Positions 7,777 through 16,775 of a stretch of 64,000 nt of DNA are shown here, in pieces. Below the pieces are notes generated by a model. That model saw only the letters and a list, made by a program, of their open reading frames with translations, made no database searches and was not told the DNA's origin. Position numbers and translations under genes: made by a program. Within the stretch, counting starts at the first letter, position 1, and each line of letters starts with the position of its first letter. The DNA lies in assembly GCA_913055745.1 (NCBI GenBank), contig CAJXJZ010000002.1, positions 57,564-121,563 on the forward strand, given 5' to 3'. The stretch comes from an uncultured bacterium (lineage in GTDB: Bacteria; Hydrothermota; Hydrothermia; UBA1063; CAJXJZ01).

Positions 7777-9958
7777 TTAAAAGTTTTAATGTCCTTTTAC
7801 CAATTTTTATTATATATCTTCCAGGTGTTAATTGATTAAAAGTTAACCTATTTTCGCCTTTATGGAGTGTGACATTTCTTTGCAATGCCAGTCTGCCAGT
7901 TATGTCAAAAACCTTTATGTCTGTGTTTTTTGTTTTTGAAGATGTGAGGATAAGAGTATTTATATAATTTGTTTGTTGCTTTAGGTTTGTGTGTTCTCTT
8001 ATACCTTCGGGTGAATGAAACTCAGGTATCTTTTTAAATGTAATGTCATCAACATATATCCCATCAAAGTTGACAGACTGGTCTGTTTCCATATAAAAGC
8101 GATATTTTAGCAACTTGCCCCTGTATTTTGTAAGGTCTATTGTTACCTTATGCCAATCTGCTGTATCATTGAATGTTTTGAGTGTCTGCCATGTTGTATC
8201 ACCTATGGTCTTTACTTGAAAATATGCATAATCATACCCCTTCTCAAGGCTGTATTTAGTGTAAAAAGAAATATAGTACATTGCTGTTGTATCTTGAAGA
8301 TAGAGTGTGTCTTTAAATTCAAGATATGATGTGTCGTTGTCATTATAGTTTCCACCCTTTGAGTCTGTGATGGAATGATATTGAGAATGGTAATCTTCAC
8401 TTGTTGTATCCCAGTGATTTGTCATAAAGTCAGAAAATCCGTTTTCAAAATCACATTGAAAAATAGGATTTATATTGCCTATAATGAGTTTTACCTCTTT
8501 TGTAGCATTGTAGTAAGGTGAAGAGACATTAAAATACATGGCTATCCATCCAGGTTCAAATGTATCAGGAAGCGTGAAGGTAAAGGAGAAAAAGGTATCG
8601 TTTTTATTGGGTAGTATGCCAAGATTGGATATGTTAAAACTTGATGGAGTTGCATCAGTTATGCCATACCTCATAAGGCTATCTGTAATAATGGACACAT
8701 TGCCACCTGTAAATTGGGAAGTTGCAGAGAGGTTTTCAATACGCACGCTGTGGGTTACACTATTTAGTGAGTCTGCGTCGTTGTTTTCAATTGCCAACCA
8801 CATACCGGCCATTTTTGCAAGAAGCATATTAAGAGGAATATTCTCGTTTATTTGTTCTAAGATAATGGATGTATCGGGTTGCCAAAAATCCTCTCCTACT
8901 TCTGCTGTATAGGCTAAAATCTTTGGGTGGGATGAATCACTGTACCACCAATCCATTGTGACACCGTTGGCATTGTATAGTAGTTCACCAGGCCTCCCTA
9001 TGGCATAACCATTAGATGCTGTAAGTCTTCTTGCAAATGCCCTCAATGTGGCATCATCTTCTGCCTCTATGTTGTCATAACCCCATGGAAACATCAAAAG
9101 GTTTGAATATGTGTGATAGTCTATAGCAACCTTTGGTTGAATGCTGTCTGTGAAATCCCTTATAGATTCTGACTCCGGTTCTGAGAATGGTGCTGGTCCT
9201 CTATAGGTGGCGGAAGAGGGATCAGGAGATGAACCTGTATCATCGTATCCCCATTGATAACTAAAGTTTCTATTTAAATCCACACCATCATCCGACTCTT
9301 CAAATATCCCATCATTATCGTTATCTCTTTTGTTCTTTCTCCAGTATCCGTCTGATGATTCGTTATACACATATCCGTCTGGATTTACAACAGGTATAAA
9401 ATAAAGTCTTCTGGAGTTTAGTACTTCAGTAACATCTGGGTCTTTACCATAGTTTCTTACAAGATACCACAAAAATCCGAACAAAGTGGATACTCCACCT
9501 GGTTCCCTTGCGTGAATACAAGCCTCGTACAAAACCGCAGGCCTTGCATCTTCATTTCCATCAAAATGAGTTGCCTCAATTGCCCATATATTTCTTCCTT
9601 CATAGGTTGTTCCAATGGAAAACTTTTGGCCTATAATATTTGGATAGAGATTGTGTAGTTTATCAAGTTCTGACACAGCCTCCTCGTATGTATAATATGG
9701 CCCAAAGTCTTTTTTAAACGGTGATTTATCCCACCATGCTTTTGTATCCTTTATTACATAAGTAAACTTCATTTTTAGTTTATCCGGATTTCTGGTATAT
9801 ATAAGAGCCTCATTACTTTTTTTATCGTAATGAATAATATCGTACCCAGACTTAAGCAGCCCTAAAAGTTCTTCTTGAGAACTTAGTTTTACTTTTACAA
9901 GGCTGTTTGCAAATAGCGTAATAGGTAAGAGAATGAATAATATGGTTTTATATTTCAT
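7766..9958 (-). CDS. Secreted zinc carboxypeptidase (peptidase M14) with C-terminal beta-sandwich domains and T9SS-type C-terminal sorting domain
   Basis: Signal peptide MKYKTILFILLPITLFANS; M14 motifs YEACIHAREPGG (HxxE), IDYHTYSNLLMFPWGY (His196 region), YTAEVGE (catalytic Glu); C-terminal ~80 aa matches T9SS CTD pattern (KVFDITGRLALQ…GRYIIKIG). ATG at 9956-9958 with AAGGAG RBS preferred over upstream GTG. Confidence 0.8.
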   Translation of the reverse strand: MKYKTILFILLPITLFANSLVKVKLSSQEELLGLLKSGYDIIHYDKKSNEALIYTRNPDKLKMKFTYVIKDTKAWWDKSPFKKDFGPYYTYEEAVSELDKLHNLYPNIIGQKFSIGTTYEGRNIWAIEATHFDGNEDARPAVLYEACIHAREPGGVSTLFGFLWYLVRNYGKDPDVTEVLNSRRLYFIPVVNPDGYVYNESSDGYWRKNKRDNDNDGIFEESDDGVDLNRNFSYQWGYDDTGSSPDPSSATYRGPAPFSEPESESIRDFTDSIQPKVAIDYHTYSNLLMFPWGYDNIEAEDDATLRAFARRLTASNGYAIGRPGELLYNANGVTMDWWYSDSSHPKILAYTAEVGEDFWQPDTSIILEQINENIPLNMLLAKMAGMWLAIENNDADSLNSVTHSVRIENLSATSQFTGGNVSIITDSLMRYGITDATPSSFNISNLGILPNKNDTFFSFTFTLPDTFEPGWIAMYFNVSSPYYNATKEVKLIIGNINPIFQCDFENGFSDFMTNHWDTTSEDYHSQYHSITDSKGGNYNDNDTSYLEFKDTLYLQDTTAMYYISFYTKYSLEKGYDYAYFQVKTIGDTTWQTLKTFNDTADWHKVTIDLTKYRGKLLKYRFYMETDQSVNFDGIYVDDITFKKIPEFHSPEGIREHTNLKQQTNYINTLILTSSKTKNTDIKVFDITGRLALQRNVTLHKGENRLTFNQLTPGRYIIKIGKRTLKLLIEK

Positions 9959-9963
9959 TGTTC

Positions 9964-11100
9964 TCACTCCTTTACAATACTTTTCCCTTCTATATAGACT
10001 TGGGTAGCCTCAGTCTTTATGTCAAAAGGATGTCCTGACCAAATAACAAAATCAGCGTCTTTTCCTCTCTCAAGACTTCCAACGCTTTTATCTATGCCGA
10101 GTAGTATGGCAGGATTGATGGTTATGGATTTTAATGCATCCAATTCATCCATCCCCTCTTTATGTGCAAGTGCTGCATATAGATTAAGGTATTTTATAGG
10201 CGTAAATGGATGGTCACTTGTTATTGCCACAGTTAGGCCATTTTTGCTTAAAATACCAGGGTTTTTAAAGGAGTTATGTTTAAGTTCAACCTTCCATGGG
10301 AAGTACATGTGTGGACCTGATATGCAACCTATAAGGTTTTTCACACCCTTTATTTCCTCTGTGGCAAGATGCCCTTCTGTGCAGTGGTCAATGATTATTG
10401 AAAGATCAAATTCCTCTGCTATTCTCAATGCGGTTAGAATATCGTCTTTTCTATGTGCGTGTGCCCTTACAGGTATTTCTTTTTTTAAGGCAAGGCATAG
10501 AGTTTCATACTCAGTGTTTTTCTCTTTCCCTCTTCTTTTATTACAGTATGTCTTCGCCTTATAAAATGCTTCCCTTATAATAGCCGCTATTGCCATCCTT
10601 GTAATAGGTTTTTTGCCTTTTGCCCCATAAGTACTCTTAGGATTCTCTCCAAAGGACAATTTAAGCCCTGCCACTTCTTTTAGTACCATATCTTTTAAGT
10701 ATCCTTCTTTTAATTTTACAACTGCCCCAATGCCTGCAATGGGATTAGAACTTCCTGGTGTAATGTAGACTGTTGTTATACCAGAGGACCTTGCCTCTTT
10801 AATTGCGGCATCCATAGGATAAAAACCATCTATGGCTCTTATGTCTGGTGTGCTTGGATTTGTGCTCTCATTCAGGTCTGCATAATCCTTACCTGCGCCT
10901 TCTTCTACCATTCCAAGATGGGTATGGGCATCCACAAGCCCTGGCGTAATAAATCTATCTTTTACATTGATAACTTCTACATTCTTGGGTATCCTTCTTC
11001 TCCTCAATACCTTTTTTATCTTGCCTTCATCTATTATCAATGTACCATTATAAAGCCATTCTTTCCCTGTAAAAATCTTTGCGCCAACAAATGCCTTCAT
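9964..11100 (-). CDS. Amidohydrolase-superfamily protein, paralog A (COG1228-like, imidazolonepropionase/dipeptidase-related); intact metal ligands
   Basis: HxH motif GLVDAHTHLGM, later RAHAHR, DHCTEGH, ITSDHPF; 378 aa; GGAGGG RBS. Confidence 0.8.
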   Translation of the reverse strand: MKAFVGAKIFTGKEWLYNGTLIIDEGKIKKVLRRRRIPKNVEVINVKDRFITPGLVDAHTHLGMVEEGAGKDYADLNESTNPSTPDIRAIDGFYPMDAAIKEARSSGITTVYITPGSSNPIAGIGAVVKLKEGYLKDMVLKEVAGLKLSFGENPKSTYGAKGKKPITRMAIAAIIREAFYKAKTYCNKRRGKEKNTEYETLCLALKKEIPVRAHAHRKDDILTALRIAEEFDLSIIIDHCTEGHLATEEIKGVKNLIGCISGPHMYFPWKVELKHNSFKNPGILSKNGLTVAITSDHPFTPIKYLNLYAALAHKEGMDELDALKSITINPAILLGIDKSVGSLERGKDADFVIWSGHPFDIKTEATQVYIEGKSIVKE

Positions 11101-11109
11101 TTTACCCTC

Positions 11110-12273
11110 CTATATCACAACACTTTGATGTTTTTTAAGGTCAAATACTATATCACCATTAATGACAGTGTATAACACCTTGTGTAATGGGTTTAAGATG
11201 GATATGTCTGTTATTACAATGTCTGCTTCTTTTCCTTTTTCTATACTCCCTATTTTATCGTCCACCCCGAGTATTTTTGCCGCATTAATCGTCATTGCCT
11301 TTATTGCCTCAAAAGAAGGCAGCCCCTCTCTTATGGCAAATGTTGCCTCAAGTGGAAGGGTATATATGGGTATAACAGGTGCGTCTGTTATAAAGGCAAA
11401 GAGAACATCGTGGTCGTAGAGCACTTTGGCGGTCTTAAATGTTATGTTCTTAAGTTCCTGCTTAATCTTTGTTGATATTGATGGACCGAGGGCACATGGT
11501 ATATGTTTTTCTTTTAAAAAATCTGCAATTAGATGTCCCTCTGTGCAGTGTTCTATGACAAATGAAAGGCCAAACTCGTTCATTATTCTCCATGCTGTTA
11601 TAATATCATCCGCCCTGTGTGAATGAATCCTTGCAGGGTATTTTTTCTGAAATACACCAACGATTGCCTCATTTTTGATGTCTATTTGCCCTTTCTTAGC
11701 CTTCTCTCTCTTTTTGAGATAGTTCTCTGCCTCTTTTAATGCCTTTTTAGCGATGTATGCATTGCCAAGCCTTGTAGATGGCATCATTTTTTTATGAGAG
11801 TAAACCCTTTTTGGGTTTTCTCCAAAAGCCATTTTAAGACCAGATGGTTCTTTTACAATCCTATCCTTTAGCGTTTTTCCGTAAGTTTTTACAGCGACTC
11901 CCAGACCACCTATAATATTTGCGCTTCCAGGGAAGATATTGACTGTTGTAATACCATTGGCATATGCATCAAAAAAGGCAGGGTCATCTGGATTTATGGC
12001 ATCTAAGGCATGAAGATGTGGGGTTATAGGCTCTGAGTATTCATTGCCATCTGCACCAGCCCATCCTGTGTTCTCTTCATATATGCCAAGATGTGTGTGT
12101 ATGTCAATGAGACCTGGATAGACATTAAGGCCCTGTATATTAATTACCTTAGCATCAGGATGATTGATGCGCTCACCTATATCTATAATGATACCATCCT
12201 TTATTAATATATCCCCTTTAAATGTTCCCCTATCTGATACACTATGGATAATGCCACCTTTAAAGAGTATCAT
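11110..12273 (-). CDS. Amidohydrolase-superfamily protein, paralog B
   Basis: GLIDIHTHLGI, RIHSHR, EHCTEGH, FITDAP; 387 aa; colinear with paralog A; GGGGGGAG RBS; ATGA overlap with upstream paralog C. Confidence 0.8.
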   Translation of the reverse strand: MILFKGGIIHSVSDRGTFKGDILIKDGIIIDIGERINHPDAKVINIQGLNVYPGLIDIHTHLGIYEENTGWAGADGNEYSEPITPHLHALDAINPDDPAFFDAYANGITTVNIFPGSANIIGGLGVAVKTYGKTLKDRIVKEPSGLKMAFGENPKRVYSHKKMMPSTRLGNAYIAKKALKEAENYLKKREKAKKGQIDIKNEAIVGVFQKKYPARIHSHRADDIITAWRIMNEFGLSFVIEHCTEGHLIADFLKEKHIPCALGPSISTKIKQELKNITFKTAKVLYDHDVLFAFITDAPVIPIYTLPLEATFAIREGLPSFEAIKAMTINAAKILGVDDKIGSIEKGKEADIVITDISILNPLHKVLYTVINGDIVFDLKKHQSVVI

Positions 12274-13406
12274 ATCTCCCCCCTTATTACAATTTCACCC
12301 TCAATCATTGTCCATACAGCCTTTGCCCTGAAGTCCATTGGATCCCCATCAAAGGCAACAATGTTGGCTATCTTGCCTTCTTCAATATTTCCCATATCCG
12401 AAAGACCAAAGATCTCGTATCCTGTGCTGGCAATGGATTTTAGTGCCTCCCATTTAGAGAGGCCTGCCTTATGTGCCAACATAGCCAAAAATCTCAATAT
12501 TTTTACAGGATTTTCGCTCTGTGCATGGGAGAGGGCAAATTTTATTCCATAATCTTTCAATATTTTACACGTCCTAAAAGTAGTATTTTTGGTTTCTGGG
12601 TCTTTACCTGCTCTCATAAGTGGTCCTAAGATGCAAGGTATTTCATATTTTTTTATAAGTTCTGGGATAAGATGGGCCTCTTCGCATCCAGAAAGTATCA
12701 ATAAAAAACGGAATTCTTCCTTAAGCATTATAGCCCTTTCTATATCTTCCCTCCTATGGACATGTATTAAAAGTGGTATCTCTTTTTTTAGCACTTTTAA
12801 AAGAAGTTTGAGGTCTTGTTTAGAACTATCCCTTTTCTTTTCTGGCCTTTTCATATAATTTCTTGCCTCTTCTAACTTTCTTCTCAAAAGTGCGTAGGCA
12901 TACATCTTTGTATTTATCTTATCCTCGCTGTGGTAGGACATAATCTCTCGTGTTAGATTTACCTTTAAGCATGCAGGCTCCTTTATGAGGAGTTCACCTA
13001 TAGAATCCCCATAAGTTTTTATAATACTACCTGCGCCTGCAATAATATTGGCAAAGCCTGGCATAACACATGCTGTTGTAATCCCCCAGGATAGAGATTC
13101 CTTTATTGCAGGGTCTTGTGGATGTATGGCATAAGATGGGAGCATATAAGGTGTTATAATAGAAGATGTTTCATCAAGGTCAAATTCTCTAAAGCCCACA
13201 CCATCTTCTGCTATCCCCAAAAAGGTATGTGGCTCTATCATCCCGTACATAAGGTAAAGTCCGTTGGCATCTACCACATTTTCATCTCGTAGGCCTTTGC
13301 CGATTTGACTTATTCTACCATCGGTGATTTCAATATCACCTTCTTTTATCTTTTCCTCAGAAAAATCAAGGTATTTGGCATTTTTAATAACCACTTTCGC
13401 CTCCAT
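12270..13406 (-). CDS. Amidohydrolase-superfamily protein, paralog C with degenerate metal-binding residues (HxH->HTF, HCTEGH->GCEEAH)
   Basis: Colinear with paralogs A/B but GMIEPHTFLG, LIHVHR, SGCEEAH, LSHAQSE; ATG at 13404-13406 (track ORF extends to TTG 13424). Confidence 0.7.
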   Translation of the reverse strand: MEAKVVIKNAKYLDFSEEKIKEGDIEITDGRISQIGKGLRDENVVDANGLYLMYGMIEPHTFLGIAEDGVGFREFDLDETSSIITPYMLPSYAIHPQDPAIKESLSWGITTACVMPGFANIIAGAGSIIKTYGDSIGELLIKEPACLKVNLTREIMSYHSEDKINTKMYAYALLRRKLEEARNYMKRPEKKRDSSKQDLKLLLKVLKKEIPLLIHVHRREDIERAIMLKEEFRFLLILSGCEEAHLIPELIKKYEIPCILGPLMRAGKDPETKNTTFRTCKILKDYGIKFALSHAQSENPVKILRFLAMLAHKAGLSKWEALKSIASTGYEIFGLSDMGNIEEGKIANIVAFDGDPMDFRAKAVWTMIEGEIVIRGEI

Positions 13407-13430
13407 GTTCCTATTGCTAATCAATAAAAA

Positions 13431-13459
13431 AGTATAAGGTTTTTATAAAGTAAAATCAA
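13431..13459 (-). promoter_or_regulatory. Sigma70-like promoter TTGATT-17-TATACT for the amidohydrolase/M14 operon
   Basis: Minus strand: TTGATT (rc 13454-13459), 17-nt spacer, TATACT (rc 13431-13436); leader ~20 nt with AGGAA before ATG 13406. Confidence 0.4.
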
Positions 13460-13533
13460 TTTAGAGTGCTATAATTTGATTATAAAAATTTTGAGTTAGA
13501 AAATTTACTTTATGCCGTTGGCTATCTTTAAAC

Positions 13534-13562
13534 TTGATTTTTGGCGTTGAATACATTATAAT
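13534..13562 (+). promoter_or_regulatory. Sigma70-like promoter TTGATT-17-TATAAT for the TPR/GGDEF-like gene (divergent from amidohydrolase promoter)
   Basis: TTGATT 13534-13539, 17-nt spacer, TATAAT 13557-13562; predicted TSS ~13569, i.e. 2-3 nt before first ATG (13572). Confidence 0.4.
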
Positions 13563-13571
13563 TTTAAGACG

Positions 13572-14468
13572 ATGCTACTTAATTCAAGAGAACTTGCGCG
13601 GAAAAAGAGAGAGATGCTTAAATTATTTTATGCGCGGAATTTTGTTAAAGCACTTCAGTTATACGAAGAAATCCTTGTTTACATAGAGAGTGACGCAGAG
13701 ATGCGAAAGATAGGTGGAGATTTGTATCTCGCTGTTGGCAATACATCTTTGGCACTTGGTGAATATCGTAAAGCGCTCCAATTATGGATGGAAGGGGCAA
13801 ATTATGAACGAGCAAGGGTCCTTGCTCAGAAGATAGCCCATCTTGCACCAGATGACCTTGATATCCATTCTACAGTGGCTGAAATATACTTGAAAAAAGG
13901 AGATACAAAGCGTGCGGTTCTGGAAATGTCAAAATATGTAGATAAAGCCCTCGCTCAAGGGAAAAAAGACCTTGCCAAGTTTATGCTTGAGAGGATTAGA
14001 AGGCGTGGCCTTACAGAGTATTTACCTGATAGGCTTAAGCAACTTCTTGGAATAAATCAGGATATTGAAAAATACTTTGAAGAAGTAAAATTGGAGCCTG
14101 AATATAAGCATTTCAATGTATATTTAAGAAAAGAAATTGCACGTGGAAATAGGTATAATCGCAGCTTTAGTTTTATTCTTATACACAGGAATAGGGAAAA
14201 AGCATTTGATACTCTGGAAAAAAATACTATAAGAGAGATCCTCACCGAAGCATTAAGAGAAGCAGATATATTCTTTATTGGTGATAAATGGTTATTCGTT
14301 CTTTTGCCTGAAACAAATAAATATGGTGCCATGCATGTGTATGATAGATTAAAGGAAGTATTAGGTGAGCAATTTCTTGATTTGAGATTTTTCCTTGCCA
14401 ATTTCCCTGATGATGGTCTTTCAGACAGTGAACTTATAAAAAAGGCTCTTACATATCAAGAGATTTAG
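13572..14468 (+). CDS. TPR-like repeat protein with C-terminal degenerate GGDEF (diguanylate-cyclase-like) domain, GGEEF replaced by GDKW
   Basis: N-terminal helical TPR-like repeats; C-terminal region RYNRSFSFILIHRNR…FIGDKWLFVLLPETN…AMHVYDRLKE follows the GGDEF domain pattern (RxxRYxxxFSLxMxDxD… GGEEFxxLLPxT) but lacks the GG(D/E)EF active site. Alternative start ATG 13614 with purine-rich RBS. Confidence 0.55.
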   Translation: MLLNSRELARKKREMLKLFYARNFVKALQLYEEILVYIESDAEMRKIGGDLYLAVGNTSLALGEYRKALQLWMEGANYERARVLAQKIAHLAPDDLDIHSTVAEIYLKKGDTKRAVLEMSKYVDKALAQGKKDLAKFMLERIRRRGLTEYLPDRLKQLLGINQDIEKYFEEVKLEPEYKHFNVYLRKEIARGNRYNRSFSFILIHRNREKAFDTLEKNTIREILTEALREADIFFIGDKWLFVLLPETNKYGAMHVYDRLKEVLGEQFLDLRFFLANFPDDGLSDSELIKKALTYQEI

Positions 14469-15976
14469 ATCTCATTTTTTATGGTCTCGTAGATGCTATC
14501 ATAAGGTACTTTTAATTCTATGAATAGTTTCTCATATCTTTTTTTAAGGGCACGATTATAAAGACGAGCCAAAGATGTACCTTTTTTATATCTCCACGAG
14601 GGAGAAATCTTAGACAGGGTATCGACTAACTGCCATTTGTGAAGGAATATAGTACTCTCGAGTTTTTTTAGCGCAAGTATTCTATCCTTCCCAAACCATC
14701 CTATATCTAATTTGTCCACTTTTTTATTATCGACCTTAAGTGGGTATACTTCGGCGTAATGGATTATGCGTTCAGTGAGTTTTTTGTTTATCTTAAGTTT
14801 TAGAAGTAAGGTATATTTGAAATCCCTGGCACTATTAAATACAGAATCTTTAACGGTATTTAATTGCGGATCCCAAAGATTTTCCGTTTTTAATTTGTTT
14901 TCGCATGACCGTGTAATTGCATACCTTACTGGTGTGTAAACCTTTTGTTGAAATACATTTTGCATAAAAAACAGTGCGAAGAAACTAATAATGCCAGAGG
15001 ATAGGGGAGTAAAGACCCACCCCAACGCAATCTTATTGAGCACACTAAGATTAATCGCCCTTCCTCCTCCCTTGGCTATGCCTATGCCTATTACACCTCC
15101 CACAACTGCCTGAGAACTTGATATAGGCACAAGGGGAAGGGGAGGAAGATGTAATGAGATCAGGAGTTTTGCAAGGCTTTCTGATGCAAACATGAAAAGA
15201 ACGAGTGATTCTGCAAGTACTACTATCAGGGCGCTTAATGGAGACAGTTTAAAAATGGATTTTCCAACGGTTTTCATAACCTTATATGAATAGGTAAAAA
15301 TGCCCAAGGCTATCGCAAGTCCACCAATTAAAAAGAGTACCTGCGTTCCAGAAAGGTGTAAAATGTAAAAAAGGTTTAAATCTTTGAATGGGTTTGCAGT
15401 AACAAACACGCCCATTACATTTGCGATATTATTTGCACCAAGGGAATAGGCTCCAAATGCACCAATGAGGATTAATAGTATTCTTGTGTACATGTCAAGG
15501 TCCAAAAGATGGATCTTTACATGCTTAAGAAGGAACATAGTGCCCTTATATAATATGTAGGAAAATATAGCGGTAATGATGGGATTTAATACCCAGGTTG
15601 AGACTATTTTAGTCAATGCATCGGTGTCAATAAGAGCACCTGCGAAAAAGTCCCATCCTACAATTGCACCTACAATAGCCTGTGTTGTGGATACAGGGAG
15701 CCCCATTTTTGTCATTGCCGCGACAGTAACAGCAGCCGCAAGGGCTACGGTAAATGACCCACTTAGTGCATTCACAGCACCTAACTTTCCTAAGGTATGT
15801 GCTGCACCCGCACCACTTATAACAGCACCTATTATTACAAATATTGAACCTATTATGGCGGCTGTTCTGAATTTTACCATTTTTGTGGCTACAGCCGTGC
15901 CAAATACATTGGCGGCATCATTGGTTCCCAATGACCAGCCTAAGAATATACCACTTAATAGATAAAACCACACCAT
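14465..15976 (-). CDS. Inorganic phosphate transporter, PiT family, with ~170-aa C-terminal soluble extension
   Basis: Duplicated PiT signature GTNDAANVFGTAV and GANNIANVMGVFV, ~10 TM helices in first ~335 aa; C-terminal 170 aa hydrophilic. Confidence 0.85.
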   Translation of the reverse strand: MVWFYLLSGIFLGWSLGTNDAANVFGTAVATKMVKFRTAAIIGSIFVIIGAVISGAGAAHTLGKLGAVNALSGSFTVALAAAVTVAAMTKMGLPVSTTQAIVGAIVGWDFFAGALIDTDALTKIVSTWVLNPIITAIFSYILYKGTMFLLKHVKIHLLDLDMYTRILLILIGAFGAYSLGANNIANVMGVFVTANPFKDLNLFYILHLSGTQVLFLIGGLAIALGIFTYSYKVMKTVGKSIFKLSPLSALIVVLAESLVLFMFASESLAKLLISLHLPPLPLVPISSSQAVVGGVIGIGIAKGGGRAINLSVLNKIALGWVFTPLSSGIISFFALFFMQNVFQQKVYTPVRYAITRSCENKLKTENLWDPQLNTVKDSVFNSARDFKYTLLLKLKINKKLTERIIHYAEVYPLKVDNKKVDKLDIGWFGKDRILALKKLESTIFLHKWQLVDTLSKISPSWRYKKGTSLARLYNRALKKRYEKLFIELKVPYDSIYETIKNEI

Positions 15977-15977
15977 A

Positions 15978-16625
15978 TTAATCCAGCCGCTTTATAACAT
16001 ATATGGATATTCTATCTCCCACATCTTCTGCATAGTCTGCAATAGATAAAAGTTTCTCAATAAATGTTGAAATATGAATCTTTTGAGCAAGATCAAGATC
16101 TTTACTATTGAATATATCCATTCTTATGCGGTTGCCCACTCTATCTGATTCCTTTTCATGAAACATTATCTTTGTTATATGGTCTCTTACTGCTGTTATG
16201 TTCTTGAAATAGGATCTTACAGTTGTAACCATCTCCTCAACAGATGCCGTACTTTCTGAAACCAGGTCAAAAACATATTTGTCAATGAAGTCTGGGATTT
16301 TTGGCCTTTCTACTTGAAACCCTAAAATGGTGTCCGCTATTATATTTAGCACATTATCCGAGTTCTCCAAAAGGGCGAGTACATCTCCTCGCGCTTCAGG
16401 AAGTAGCATTTCCGCGTAGAGTTTGTTTTCTACATCCCTCCTTAGTGTATCTGCTTTCCCTTCCAGTTTATCCACGAGTTCTGCTCTTTTTGAAAATTCT
16501 TCAAAGTTTTCCTCCAAGTAGTATCTAATGCCCTGTTTAAATTCTAATGAGGCCTGTAATATTGTATCAAGGAATTCATCTATTTTTGCCTCAAGTTCTT
16601 TTGTTCTTTTAAACACTCTGAACAC
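15978..16625 (-). CDS. DUF47 / PhoU-like PiT-associated regulator (COG1392 family)
   Basis: Helical protein immediately upstream of and 1 nt from PiT start; DUF47 proteins typically pair with PiT; GTG start at 16623-16625 with AAGGAG RBS 7 nt upstream preferred (track ORF extends to ATG 16649). Confidence 0.65.
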   Translation of the reverse strand: MFRVFKRTKELEAKIDEFLDTILQASLEFKQGIRYYLEENFEEFSKRAELVDKLEGKADTLRRDVENKLYAEMLLPEARGDVLALLENSDNVLNIIADTILGFQVERPKIPDFIDKYVFDLVSESTASVEEMVTTVRSYFKNITAVRDHITKIMFHEKESDRVGNRIRMDIFNSKDLDLAQKIHISTFIEKLLSIADYAEDVGDRISIYVIKRLD

Positions 16626-16722
16626 AATGCACTCCTTTTTAGGTGCCATATTATACAGTACACTCCTTATTTTATCAAATAAACGCCTTTTTGTTTATAA
16701 CTTAAAGGTAAAGTTCGTATTT

Positions 16723-16752
16723 CTTGACTATACCTTCATTTTATCTTATCTT
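16723..16752 (+). promoter_or_regulatory. Possible promoter TTGACT-18-TATCTT upstream of oxidoreductase genes
   Basis: TTGACT 16723-16728, 18-nt spacer, TATCTT 16747-16752; AGGAGG RBS follows. Confidence 0.25.
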
Positions 16753-16775
16753 TAATTTACTTCGTAGGAGGCAAA

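Noticed and set aside
14460-14480. Hairpin GAGATttagATCTC + T6 after the GGDEF-like gene as a terminator
   Set aside because: Stem is only 5 bp and AT-rich, overlaps both convergent stop codons; too weak to call a terminator feature, mentioned only under convergent overlaps.
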